A stretch of DNA of 64,000 nucleotides from NCBI GenBank assembly GCA_025594325.1, contig JANHCV010000003.1:806001-870000 (forward strand). The letters are read 5' to 3'. The stretch is from Blastocladiella emersonii ATCC 22665. Lineage: Eukaryota; Fungi; Blastocladiomycota. This document shows positions 1-12,387 of the stretch, one piece after another. The position numbers and the translations under genes were made by a program. Numbering within the stretch: the stretch's first letter is position 1; every line of letters starts with the position of its first letter. The notes under the pieces are model-generated. The model made no database searches, was not told where the DNA came from, and was given only the letters and a program-made list of their open reading frames with translations.

Positions 1-3000
1 ACGCCCAGCGCCTCGACCAGCGCGTCGAGCGTCGTATACAACAAGTGCCGGTTGAGCAGCTGGTTCTGGAGCAACGACGTGACCCGCGTCGCCGCGCGCG
101 TCGCGTTCTGGCGCCCGACGACGCCGCCGAGCAGCTCGGGCACCAGCGTCAGCAGCGTCTGTTTCGCGCTGACCTTGACGCGCTCGCGCTCCGCGGCCGT
201 TGGCGCCGGCCACTCCGTGTTCCACTTGCCGCCCGGCCACAGCAGCGCGTCGAGGGACGACACGTACCCCGCGACCATGGCGGGCGAAGAGAGGTACGCG
301 ACGGCGGTGCCGAGCCGCCGGTCAATCGTCTCGCCCAGCAGCTGCTGCAGGACGATCAGGATCGCTTGCCGGCGCAGCCAGTTGTTCTTCTCCTTGAGAT
401 CGAACACCTCGATGAACAGCTCGCTGAACACGGATGCTGCCGCCGTCTCTTCGGTCCGCGCCGAGGTGGAGGTGGATGAAGGGGAGGGGAACAGCGCGTC
501 GCTGCTCGTGCTGAGTTCCTGGAGCCACCGCGCCGCCGCGGTGCCGAGACCCGATGGTGCGTCGGGGCCGAAGCCCGGGAAGCGGAGGAACCCGGACGAG
601 GATGACGAGGACGCGGACGCGGCGCCGACGGGAGCGGCCGCGGTCGCCGACGAGGCCGAGTCGGTGCTGCCGGGCGTCAGCGCCTCGAGCCCGCTCGCGA
701 TCTTCTTCTGCCACTGCCGCATCAGCGACATGCCCGACGTCTTGTTCCCGAGCTGCTGCTGCGGCTGCGGCGCGCTGCCCGTGAGCCCGGCAAACAGCCC
801 CGCCGCACCCCCTCCCGCACCCGAGAAGCTGCCGCGCTTGCGCAGGAGGATCTGCTGCTGCTGCAGCTGCAACCCGGCGACGTCGAGTTCCTCCTGGCAG
901 ATGAACTGGCGGAACGCGGGCGAGTCAGCGACGTCCGGGTGCGTGCAGAGCGCCTGGAGGTACTTGGAGAGTTTCTCCATGCGGCTGGCGGCGAGCGCGT
1001 GGAGCAGGGTGCCGCCCATGAACGCGTTGGGCGCCTTCTTGGGCAGCTCGTACCCCGCCAGGACCGCGGGGAACTGCGCCTTGAGCAGCTGGTGCAGCAC
1101 GAGGAACTCGGAGAAGCGGCGCGTCACGACCCACCCGGGCCCCGCGGACTGCCCGGTGTCGCCGTACACCTGCTTCACCTCGACCACGTACAGCGCAAAG
1201 TCCTTGGTCCCGTCCGACTCGAGCGTGAACGAGGACACGGACACGGCGCACTTGGCGCCCCCGCCGCTTCCGCTTCCCGCGAGAAGGGAGTAGGGCGCGT
1301 CGCGCCGGTCGTCCTGGATCTCCTGCCACAGCAGCTCGCGCATCTCGTCGCGCAGCATCGCTTTCGACTTGGTCAGGATCTTGATCAGCTCCGCGTTCTT
1401 GTTGGCGCGCCGCGCCGAGCCCAGCAGCGAGTCCACGATCGCCTCCTGCTGCGACAGACGGTCGAGCGACTGCCGGATCGTGCTGCGGCCGGACGTCGCG
1501 GCGGGAAGCGGCATCGCGGGCACGCTCGTCGACGAGCTCGCCGACGACTGGCTCGCGCCGCGCACGTGCGATGGTGGCGCTGCAGGAGGCGCGGGGTCGG
1601 CAGAGACGAGGTCGAGCACCCCGCCGCCGCTGTCGGGATCCGCCAAATTGAGCGTCGACGCGGACGACGATGATGCGGCGCGCGACGACGCGAGCGGGCG
1701 CGGCGACCGCGGCGGCGGGTCGAGCAGGTCGTCGGCGGTCGTCAGGATCGACCGGAGCTCCGCGGCCACGGTCTCGACCGCGTCCGACGGCAGCAGCGCG
1801 TCCTCGTCGAGCAACCGCAGGTCGAGGACCGCGCCGTCGCCGCCACCGTTACTCGCTGCGGGCGTCGCGGCGGCGGCGGTGGGCTCGTCGGCCGTCGTCT
1901 CGCCTATGGCGGCAGCGCTCGCGCGGCGGCCGAGCGCAAGGGCGGCCTCGACCTCGGCGATAAACGCCGCGTCGTTGATGAGGGCCAGGTACAGGTCGCT
2001 CTTGACGAAGGCGGCGAAATCGTGCGACTCCATGATCTGGAACACGTAGCTCTGCGCGTCGAGGATCGGCTGGTGGAGGTGGCCGGGCCACGGCGGCGAA
2101 GGCCGCGCGGCAGCTGTGGTGGGCGTGGGTGTTGGCGGAGCCGTGTCGGCCACGGGCGACTCGCCGGGACGAGCGCCGCCGCCGGCGGCGGCGGCGGCGG
2201 CGGGCGGTTTGAGCGAGAGCTTGGACGAGATGGAGCCAAGGATCGACTGATGCGGTTGCTGGTCCGCGGCCACCGGCTCGGTCGCGGGCGCAGGCGCATC
2301 GGCAGCCGCCGCCGTCGGCGCGTCGCGCTGCGCGTACACAATGTCCATGAGCTGCGTGAGCTGGATCGAGAGGTGGACGGGGAGCTGGATGAACATGGGG
2401 CAGTTGGGCGCGAAGAAGTGGCGGAACATGGATTCGTAGTCGTCCCACAACGAGGACGCGGTGCCCGCCGCCGCGGCCGAGGTGGCGGTGGGCGAGGGCA
2501 GGTCGCGGCCGACGTGCTGGCGAAAGTGCTCGGCCATGAGCCAGAACTGGAGCAGGCGGGTGCGCTTGGTCTGGTCGAGGAACTCCATGAGATACGAGAG
2601 GCCGACCGACGACGCGATGAGCTGGGTGAAGGAGACGTGCGTTGTTGAGAGCCCGACGGTGCGGTTGCGCGGGACGTAGGGCGGCCCGCCGAGCGCCTCG
2701 ATGCGCTTCTCGACCTTGGACTTGGCGTGGAGCAGCTTGTTGATGAGGCGGATAATGTCGGTGACCTTGACGCCGTGGACCGTGTCGGTGGGCAGGCGGT
2801 CCGTGATGTCGAGGCGGCGGCGGCGCACCTCCATGATGAGCTGGTTGCGGATCTGCTTGGCCTCGATGAGCGACTTGCACGACTTGATGGACTTGACCAG
2901 GTCCTCGTACGACCGCGTCGGCGGCGCGCGGCTCACGTCCTCGGCCTGCTTCTCGAGCACGCGGCGGAACTGGTGGACCATGTTACTGCGAAGTGGGGTG

Positions 3001-3981
3001 TCAGTGGGCGGGCTTGGGGTGACGGGAGGCGGAGAACGACGTACAGCTCGCGCATGGCATTGCCGGCCTGAATGAACGTAAGTAGAACAGTCAGCGAAAG
3101 TCGGGACGACGGCCAACACGGACGGAGATCCGTACCCAGTGGTCGATCTGGGTATTCCAAAAGTGCGGGTCGCTCAGCGAGTCCATGACGGGCTTGAGGA
3201 CCGAGCACGCGACAATCTCGCGGAGCAGCGTGCGCGACACGTTGCTGCGGAGCTCGGGCGCGCCGGGGAGCAACAACCCGAGCAGCGTGTCAGCGACGCC
3301 GCGCAGGTGGGCGAGCTCGGTGAGGTGGGTCGACCCCTTGGCGTCGAGGGCGCGGTGCAGGCGGCCGCCGTTGTACTTTGACGCGACGAGCTCGTGCAGC
3401 TCGAGCGACTCGGTCAGGACGCGGTCCTCGTCGGCGCCGCGCACGGCCTGCTCGGCGCGGCGGAACTCGACAATGTGCGCGGTGAGCGCCGGGCCGAGCG
3501 TGTCAAGGATCAGCGTCTCGAGCGACACGCCGGACGCGCGGCGGTACAGCTCGGCGGCGGCATCGGCGAGACGCGTGTCGACGACGTCGGGGAAGGCCGG
3601 GTCCGCGCTGATGCCCGCGAACCACGAGTGCACAAACTCGGCCTGGACGTGGTCGAGCAGCGCGTTGACGGCGGCCTGGATCGCGGCGCGGTCCGGGTCG
3701 TCCTGCGGCAGCGCGATGGGCAGCAGCGGGCGCGGGCGCGGGATGCGGTCGGCGGCGAGCGCGGCGCGGTGCTCCTGCCAGCTGCGGGCGAGGGCGTGGA
3801 CCACGGCGGTGCCGTCCTTGGCCAGGTCCGAGACGGGCGGCGGCGGCTCCGGGTACCTCAGCGTGTACAGCTGCAGCGCGAGCGACACGAGGGTCCAGGT
3901 GCCCGCGACGCCGATGGTGCCCAGCACCGTGTTCCACAGCACGCGCGACAGGAGCGAGGTGATGGAGAGGAGGAGGCCCAT
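1..3981 (-). CDS. MDM1: PXA-RGS-PX-PXC sorting nexin (Mdm1/SNX13/14/25 family); 3' end runs off the left edge
   Basis: ATG at 3981 gives an N-terminal hydrophobic segment (MGLLLSITSLLSRVLWNTVLG) and a PXA domain (LLDHVQAEFVHSWFAGIS...LLREIVACSVLKPVMDSLSDPHFWN). Introns 3135-3068 and 3044-2986 flank a 23-nt exon. The next exon reads an RGS-like segment (LSYLMEFLDQTKRTRLLQFWL), a PX domain (WVVTRRFSEFLVLHQLLKAQFP) and PXC (LFIEVFDLKEKNNWLRRQAI). Confidence 0.9.
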
Positions 3982-4178
3982 TACATTTGCTTCATGGGTG
4001 CGGGTTTGAGGGGGAGAGCGAGGACCGCGAAGGTTGGCGGCGCCGAGACCGGACGACGCGCCGACGCGACGCTGCGGGCCGCACGTGGCGCCCTGTCTTG
4101 AGGATTCGACCTCGTCCTCTCTCACAGGTCCCATCGCAACGGCTCTGCGACGACGGCAGGCCGCCCCCACTCTGTGCA

Positions 4179-4698
4179 ATGCTGGCAACCAACGAGACCT
4201 TCAAGCACCTGTCGTCGAGCGAGCTCGAGATCCTGCAGTCCGAGCTCGACTCGCTCGACGCGCGCGCCGTATGTGCTCGCTGCTGCCCGTCGTCTGTTCC
4301 CGACGAAGCGTAACCGTGTTTGATGGGTGTCTAGCGCGTGTACCAGCGGCGCGTCGGAAACTCGAACGTGCTGTTTCTGACGAACCGCCTGTCGCTCGAC
4401 AAGACCGTCGACGGTACCCTCACCCCTCCACGCTGCCGGATCGGTACCCGTTGTTGATCCCGCGCATTCTGTAGAGACGCTCCGCACGATGCTGGTCGAC
4501 GCGCCGGTGCCACCACCGTTCGCCACGCTCGCGTCCTCCAAGACCACCGCCGAGCAGCCGATCAAGGCGGCCACAGCCTCGGCCCAGCCAGCGCCTGCTC
4601 CCGCCCCCGCTTCCCCTGCAACCAAGACCCAGCCCCAGCCCAAGACGAGCCCGAGCAAAAAGGGCAAGGGCAAGGGCAAGCGCGGCGGCCGGAGGTAA
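4179..4698 (+). CDS. ASDURF: Small spliced prefoldin-like protein resembling ASDURF (PAQosome subunit), about 130 aa
   Basis: Exons 4179-4268, 4335-4413 and 4475-4698, joined across GT..AG introns of 66 and 61 nt, give MLATNETFKHLSSSELEILQSELDSLDARARVYQRRVGNSNVLFLTNRLSLDKTVDETLRTML followed by a P/A/K-rich tail. The core matches my recollection of human ASDURF ([26 protein letters not shown]). Confidence 0.7.
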
Positions 4699-4812
4699 TC
4701 CTGTGCTGGATAGAATACATGAGTCACCTGAGTGATCGGCGCGCGCCGTGAGCCGTCCCACGAAGCCGAGCGCGTCGCCGCTCGCGGTCCCCTGAACACA
4801 CCGACCCGAACC

Positions 4813-7800
4813 ATGGCACGCCGGAAACCCGCTCCGCCGCCGCGACCTGCTGCAACGTCGTCGTCCGACTCGGACTCGGACTCGGACTCGGACCACAATG
4901 ACCGCGCCGCGCCCGCGCCCGCCGCGCCGGCGGCCCCCGAGGTCCCCGAGATGACCAAGAACATCATCCTGATCTTCGGCGAGGCCCAGAAGACCAAGGC
5001 CGGCCACCGCAAGCTGTGCAACGTGCTGCGCAAGCTGCACCTCGAGGCCATCAACGACGGCCGCGAGCCCGACTTCATGCGGCCCTTTGTCGCGTGCCTG
5101 ACCCGCACCCTCGCCACCAAGCAGCGCGCCCCCGCCGTCGAGCGCATCCTCGACTTTGTCCAGAGCTTCATCGCCTTCTCGCGCGACAAGGACCGCGCCC
5201 TCGCCCGCAAGGCTCGTGGTGGGGCTACACCCGCGCGCCAGCAGCAGCCCGTCCTCACGCTTGGCGAGCCCGACGCGCCCGCGCCTGCCGACGAGGACGA
5301 CGAGGACGACTTTATCTCGACCCAGTTTGCCGTCTGGGTCATCAACTTCCTCCTCCGCGGCATCGCCGCCCGCGATAAGATCGTGCGCTACCGCTGCGCC
5401 CGCCTCATCTTCATGATCGCCTCGCACCTCACCGCCATCGAGTACGCCTTGAATCCTTGAGTGTCATGGTGAGACTCGGCTAACCCCGTGTGCTGCGTAG
5501 CGACGACCTCTTCGAGTCCATGAAGCGCGAGCTGTACGCGCGGTGCCGAGACAAGGAGCCCATGGTGCGCCGCGAGGTGGTCGCTGCCCTGGCCATCCTG
5601 CAGGGCGGCGAGTCGGACGGCGACACGGACACGGTGCAGCAGAAGCTGATCGAGCTGATCCAGTTCGACCCGTCGCCCGCCGTGCGCAAGTCAGCGCTCA
5701 ACCACATTGCCCCGAGCAACGCGACCATCGCCGCCATCATCTCGCGGTGCCGCGACGAGGACCCGGCCATCCGCCGCGCCGTCCACCGCGTCCTCGCCAC
5801 CCACATCCCGTCGTTCGAGCAGCTGAGCTCGGCGCTCCTCTCCAGCATCACCACCAGCGGCCTGCGCGACCCCGACGAGGGCGTCCGCAAGTCATGCGTC
5901 GACCTAATCCTCGGCTGGGTCGGCGGGTCGCCCGTCCAGCTCGCCAAGCTGCTCGCCCGCCTCAACGTCGTCAAGAACCAGGTCGCCGAGCTGATCGCCG
6001 TGCAGTGCCTCCGCGGGCCCAAGGCCGGCCACGGGATCCGCCTGCTCTTCACCTTCGACTCGTGGCGCAACCTCACCCCCGAGACGGCCCTCATGATGCG
6101 GTGCTACACGCAGCTCCTCATGGACGAGGCCGCCAAGGGCAACGTGGCGGTGCCCGTGCCGCGCGGCGCCGGCGGCAACGACGAGGACCAGTTTACGCCG
6201 CTCGACGAGATCTTCATCATCGAGCACCTCGCCTACTACGTGCAGCTGCACACCAACCACATGATCACCAACGCCGACGAGTCGCTCGACGCCGCCTACA
6301 TCTACGTGGTCCAGGAGCTGCTCACGCTGTGCTGCATGGCCGACTACGGCGACCCGCACGGCCGCCGCCTCATGTTCGCGCTCGTCCGCAACATGATCAG
6401 CTCCATCGCCGTCCCCGAGGAGCTCATCCCGCCGCTCATCGACCTCCTGCGCCTGCTGTGCGTCGACGAGCGCGACTTCATCCGCGTTGTGCACGAGATC
6501 ATCGTCGACACCGCCGACACCCCCGTGGTCCCGCAGCCGGGCGACGACGGGTACAACGAGGCCGAGCCGAGCCACATGGACCCCGAGGAGGACATGCTGT
6601 TCCGGCACCTCAAGTGCCTGATCATCCTGCGCAAAACGCTCGAGGCCACGCCGCTGCCGTGGACCGCCGACGCCCTGATCCCGATGCACGGGCTCGTCGC
6701 CGAGCTCGTGGCCCCCGCGCCCGACCGGTACCCGGGCATCGGCGTCGTCATCGCCAACGCCATCGGGTGCCTCGGCCTCATCAGCCTGACGTCGCGCCCG
6801 CACGCGATCCGCCACGCCGCCCAGGTCCTCGCCTACGCGTCGATCCCCGCCGTCGACCGCGCCTCGGACGAGGACCTCGCCGAGGTCGTCATCGTCTCCC
6901 TGCGCGCCCTGTTTGACCTCGTCCTCCTCTACGGCACGGACCTCCTCGGCCTCAACAAGGACCAGGTCGCCGCGACCTTCGCCGCGGCGCTCGCGGACCC
7001 GGTGCGGCCCATTGCCGCGCTCGCCGTGCAGGGGTGCGTGAAACTCATGCTCGCGAACCGGCTGCGGTCCGCCGACCTCCTCGCGGCGCTGTACCACCTG
7101 CACTTCACGCAGGCGTGGGCCGCGGTCCCCGAGATCCGCGACTGCCTCGACTTCTTCGCCGAGACGTACCCGACGATCCTCGAGAACAAGCGGCTCGTCG
7201 CGGCCGCGTTCGGCGCGATCCTCGCTGCCGTCCTCGCCGACGGCGTCAAGGGGAAGGCGTTCACGACCGTCGGCGACACGCTCGTCAAGTACCTCGACGA
7301 CGACGGCGAGGGCACCGCGCTCCGCCTCGCCGCCGCCGCCAAGATGCTCGAGGCCGACGAAGGCGAGCTCCCGCTCAAGCCCGCGCTCCAGCTCCTCGCC
7401 AAGTGGTCGCTCAACCAGGGCGGGCGTGTGCCCGCGGACCGGCTGCGTAAGGTCCAGCGCCTCGTCAACGAGATCCCCGACGACGCGCTTGATAACGTCG
7501 GCCGCAACGCCCTCAAGAAGGTCAACAAGGCGCTCGTCGACCTGAGCCCCATGGCCGAGGAGGACGAGGATGCAGCCGAAGAGGAGGCGGACGAGGAGGC
7601 GCCCAAGGAGGAGGAGGACGAGGAAGATGTCGAGGAGGAGGAAGCGGAGCCCGAGGCACCCGCCGCCGCCGCCCCCGCTGCCGCCGCGACCGAGCCGTCG
7701 GACGACGAGGAGGAGCCGATGGAGGGCGTCGAGCAGGCTGGTGCCGCGGCCAAGCGCGACGACGACGAGGAGTCCGAGCCAGAACCTGCCCCGCGCCGCC

Positions 7801-8750
7801 GGTCCGCGCGCAGCGCAGCTCGCAACGCGCCGCCACCGCCTCCGCCCGCGCCGCGCGCTGCGACCAGCAGCGACAGCGAGTCCGAGCCGGACGCCGAGGA
7901 GGTCGTCGACGACGCGCCGACCCCGCGTCCCCGCTCGCGCCAGGCCAGCCACTCGTCCTCCTCTTCGTCGTCGTCGTCGTCTTCCGGTACCCCAACCCCA
8001 GTCTCCTCGCCCGCCAAGCCCTCAGCCGCTGTCACGCCGCCGCGCCGTCGCACCACGCTCCCGGCGCACCTCCTCCCGGAATCGCCGACCCTGTCGCAGA
8101 CGCTCGGGTCGAGCTCGAGCCCCGCGATCGCCGCGCTGCTCAACGCGCCGACCCCGCGCCCGCGCCTCGGCGCGTCGGTCCGCGGCACCCCGCGCGCCAA
8201 CCGCATCGTCGTCGAGATCCCGATCGAGTCGCCGTCGTCGTCGTCGACCGCGAAGCCCGCGCGCGCCGCCGTGGGGGTGGGGAAGAAGCGTAAGGCCGTG
8301 TCCGAGTCGGAGAGCGGCGAGGATGATGACGAGGAGGACGAGAAGGAGGCCGAGGCCGGGTCGCCCGTCAAGCCCAAGCCGCGGCCGATGCTAAAGTCCA
8401 AGGCCAAGGCTGTCGCTCCCGCTCCGGTGGTCCCGGCGTCGCGGCCAAAGACGCGCGCGGCGGCTACCGCGGCAGCGGCCAAGGCTAAGCCGAAGCCGAA
8501 GGTGCCGTCGAGCAGCGAGAGCGAGTCCTCTGAGTCGTCTGAGTCGGACTCGAGCGAGGACGACGACGGGGACGCGCCCGAGGTCGCCGCCGACCTGCGC
8601 AAGAAGGCCGCCGACGCCATCGCGCTCCGCCGGCTGCCCGCCGACACGGCGCAGCGTCTCGCGAACGCGGCCGCGCAGATCGACGCGTTGCTGGCTCAGG
8701 ACGAGGATGCGGCGAGCAGCAGCGACGAGGACGATGGGGATGACTACTAA
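4813..8750 (+). CDS. YCG1: Condensin complex subunit G (CAP-G/Cnd3/Ycg1), HEAT-repeat protein
   Basis: ATG at 4813; intron 5442-5500 joins AI-D-DDLFESMKRELYARCRDKEPMVRREVVAAL. Contains CAP-G HEAT motifs (DPSPAVRKSAL, RCRDEDPAIRRAV, DYGDPHGRR) and a long acidic/SP-rich C-terminal tail. Confidence 0.9.
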
Positions 8751-8795
8751 CGCGGTGGCGGTGATGATACATTTCTAACTTATGCACACTCTAAG

Positions 8796-10940
8796 CTACT
8801 CGATGCGCTGGTAGAAGAGCAGGTACGGGTTGCTATGCAGCGCGTGGCCCTCGCTGACCTTGGTCACCCTGGCGTCGTTCATGAGGAACCACGTCGCCGC
8901 CGCCTCGCCGTCCTCCCCGCGCGGCACCGCGCGCCGCGTCCCGCGGTGCTCCGAAGCGAGCGCCGGCTGGTGCACCTTGACGTACGCCGTGTAGTGGCCA
9001 AAGTTCATGGTGCCCGCGTGCTCGACCACGCCGAATAGCTCGTACCGGACTGGCGCAGCGGGTTCGGGGTTGGCGTCGCCGGTCGGGTGCGGCTGCTCGC
9101 GCAGGGAGAGGTGCAGTGGGAAGTCGATCCTGGTCTTCTTGGTCTTGGGCGTCCGCTTCAGCTGCACGCACAGCGTCGGCGCCAGCGTGTGGATCCGGTA
9201 CCGCTTGGTGTGCGGGACGGGCGGGATCGAGGATGTGGACTTGGCGGCGGCGGGCGGACGGGCGGTGGTCGACGTGTTCTCCTCGCCCTCGTCGTCGACG
9301 GGCGCTTCTTCATCGTCGTCGGCCTCAGCAGCGGCGGAGTCGGACGGCTGCTCGTCCGAGTTGAAGGGCGACTCGGCGACGGCCGTCTCGTCGTCGGCGG
9401 TGCTCGGCTCAACGGGCGACGCGCGGCCGCCCGCGTGCGATGGGCACTCCTTGTTCTCGCACGAGTACTCGACGCGGTCCTCGGCAAAGAAGTGGGCGAG
9501 CGACGTGGTCAGCGACGACGATATGACGAGCGAGAAGTCGTAGAAGTCTTCGTTGATGGTTTGGAGCTACACGCGGGCGACTCGGGTCAGTGGGCGAAGT
9601 AAACGAGGGCTGGAGGGAAAGCGTACCGTGCCGCAGCGAGTGCACTTGATACAGCTCTGGAGCACGCTGCAGAAGGCCTTGGCGACAAGACTCCGCTCGG
9701 GCTTCTCCGCCTCGCCGTCGCCGTCGCCGTCGGCGACCTCGCCGATCCGCTCGCGCTCGCGCTTGAGGTGCTCCGTGTCCATGACGTCGAACAGACACCG
9801 CATCATCTCGTGCGAGTCGTTCTGGCGGCGAAAGTTGCGGAACTCCTTGAACCGGTGCCCGAGCTCGGTCAGCACGGCGCCCGGCGCGAGCGTCGGCGCG
9901 CCCGACGTCTCGGCCATGTCGCGCAGGAACAGGTAGAACTCGGCCGACACGGCGTCCAGCCCCTCGCACTCCGAGTACGACGGGACCGCGAGGTGCCGCG
10001 CGTGCGCGAGCACCTGCATCAGGCTGTTCGCGTAGCACGTGTTGCCCAGGTTCGACAGACCGTGCGCGCCGAGGGCGAGGTACTCGGCGGGCTTGAGCGA
10101 GGACGACTTGCCGAGCGCGCTGGCCGCGGGGCGGGAGGACGCGGCGTGCGTGCGGTCGAGGATCCCGTCGAGCGCCGAGTCGTCGCCGTCATCGATCGCA
10201 GCAGCGGACGCTCCAGTCGCCTTGCGCGCGCTCGCCGTCGCCATCTCCTCGAACCGCGTGCGCACAGCGGCGAGCGCCTCGACCATGAGCGGATACTTGG
10301 TCGGGTCCACGTCGCCCTCGCACGTGAGGCAGCACACGCGGACGAGGCCCTCGCGCATCGCCGTGGTGTAGTCGACGCCCGACTGCGGGACCAGCGAGTG
10401 GATCGGGTGCTCGTGGCCCTTGTGGTCGGCCTCGCACTGCACGACGAGGCAGCACAGGCACATCCAGAGCGGCGGCTGGCTGTCTGTCGAGGAGCGGCAT
10501 GGCTACGCGATCGAGGGGTGTTAGAAGGGTCGCGAAGTGAGGGTGCAATGGGGTCGAGTGTACCCTTGCGCTGCACCGCGGCGCAGCCTGCGAGAAAGCA
10601 GCCGCCGGCGCCGTCTTGATCTTCTTGATCTTGATGGCGGACCGGAAGTGCGAGCACTTCTTCTTGGACACCTTGCGGTCGGCGCTACGGGACAAAGTCG
10701 GCGGTCAGGCTCGGCTGGTCGCGCTTGACCTTGCAGAGCAGGATCGTACGTGGTCGGCGCGGACACCACCTCATCCTTGGACTCGCCATCGGGAGCCTGG
10801 ACAGAAGATGACGAAGCGTCGCTCGGAGCAACGACGACGGCGGTCACGGTCTGCTTGAGGTCGTCCTCAGCTCGCTTCCGCTCCTCGCGCTTCTCGGCGA
10901 GCCGCTGCCCCTTCTTGGCCTTGGCGCGGTTACTGCCCAT
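8796..10940 (-). CDS. Ubiquitin-specific protease (USP16/USP45-like) with an N-terminal ZnF-UBP-like domain
   Basis: Cys box GLSNLGNTCYANSLMQVL, RQNDSHEMMRCLFD, His box FGVVEHAGTMNFGHYTAYVK, and WFLMNDARV...PYLLFY. Introns at 10749-10685, 10563-10503 and 9626-9567. Confidence 0.92.
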
Positions 10941-11088
10941 GGCGCGATATAAGTTGCATAGAGTCCAGGTCAAGCTGGCGACCGCTTCGGTGAGGGACAG
11001 CCGTGATCAGGGAGGGAGGTCAAGACTGCCAGCAGCGCGGCCGCGGTCGCCGCTCTCCCTCAAACCGCGACGGCGTGAATGAAAACGA

Positions 11089-12387
11089 ATGGAGAACGAC
11101 GGAAGCACATGCAATGCAGACCTCGGTCGGCGTCTTGCTGATACCATGAAGCCCGTGGCCGGCGAGGCCGAGGCGGCTCTCGGTGCCTTCGAGGGACCGA
11201 GCGGCGTCGCCATCTTCGCCGAGGTCCTAGCGCTCGCGGACGGCGCACCCGTGTCGGTTCGACTCCTTGCCGAGTGCGAGTTGCTTGTCTCGAGGGCAAA
11301 CCAGCACATCCAGGCGCAGCCGTACCAGGAAGTGACGCGGCCGCATCGCGTGCTATTCCAGGCCGCGTCGATGGCGCTCGCGGCGTCGCTTCTCACTGCG
11401 AGAGACAGCAACGATGGGATTCGCGCTCTTCACGTCCTCGACGAGGCCCAGATCGTGACGGGCCTTCCGCTTGCCCAGTTACCGCTCGTCGCGTTCATGG
11501 CGGAGCTCCACGCGTCGCTTCCACGGCTTGAACTCTCGACGAAGCAACCTCCGCTGCCATCACCCGTACCTCGCCTGCTATATCAGTTTCCTCCGATCCG
11601 ATCACTTTCGGACCCGCACAGCGTCAGTTTTGCGCAGTTCGCAGCTTGGAAGGATGTCCCATTTGTGCTTCGCGGCGCAGTCTCGCACTGGCCCGCTACG
11701 ACGCGCTGGACGCTCGACCACATCGTCGCGACCGCAGGGCACCATCTCGTACCCGTTGAACTCGGTCCAAGCTACCTCGACCCCGCTTGGTCACAGAAAC
11801 TGATGCCGCTATACGAGTTTGTAACCAAGTACGTCCTTAATTCACCGGACTCGCCACGCTCCGAAGTCGGGTACCTCGCGCAGCACGACTTGTTCCGCCA
11901 GCTACCGCAGCTCCGCTCGGACATTCTGATCCCGGATCAAGTTTACTATTTCCCCTCGGATCGCGAGGACAGCGACGACGATTGCGACGTCCGACTGCAC
12001 GCGTGGTTTGGGCCGGCGGGAACCGTCACGCCACTACACCACGACGGCACCATCCGAAATCTGTTTGCGCAAGTCGTTGGCCAGAAGCGGATCGTCTTGT
12101 TTCCGCCGCAAGACTCGCACATTCTCGCCGATCTCGATGGTGTGCTTCACAATACGAGCACCGTTGACGTGCGCGAGTGGGACATGGCCGCGTGGCCGGA
12201 GCTCGCTGATACGCATGGCGTCGGGACGGTTCTTGAACCGGGGGATCTGCTCTATATTCCGGTACGCGCTTGACTACTACTGTATGGTGTTGGGTCGGAC
12301 GACTGACGCCATCAACGGTAGCCCTCGTGGTGGCACCACGTCGAGTCGCTCAGCGTGTCGTTCAGCGTGTCGTTTTGGTGGAACTAG
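11089..12387 (+). CDS. JMJD5: JmjC-domain 2-oxoglutarate oxygenase, JMJD5/KDM8-like
   Basis: Motifs VPVELGPSYLDPAWSQKLM, YLAQHDLFRQLPQLRSDI and WFGPAGTVTPLHHD (HxD). Intron 12262-12321 joins LLYIP-PSWWHHVESLSVSFSVSFWWN*. Confidence 0.88.

Noticed and set aside
52-2049. + strand ORFs 52-1293 and 1369-2049
   Set aside because: They are antisense to the MDM1-like CDS. The true - strand frame is missing from the track, probably because it runs off the window edge.
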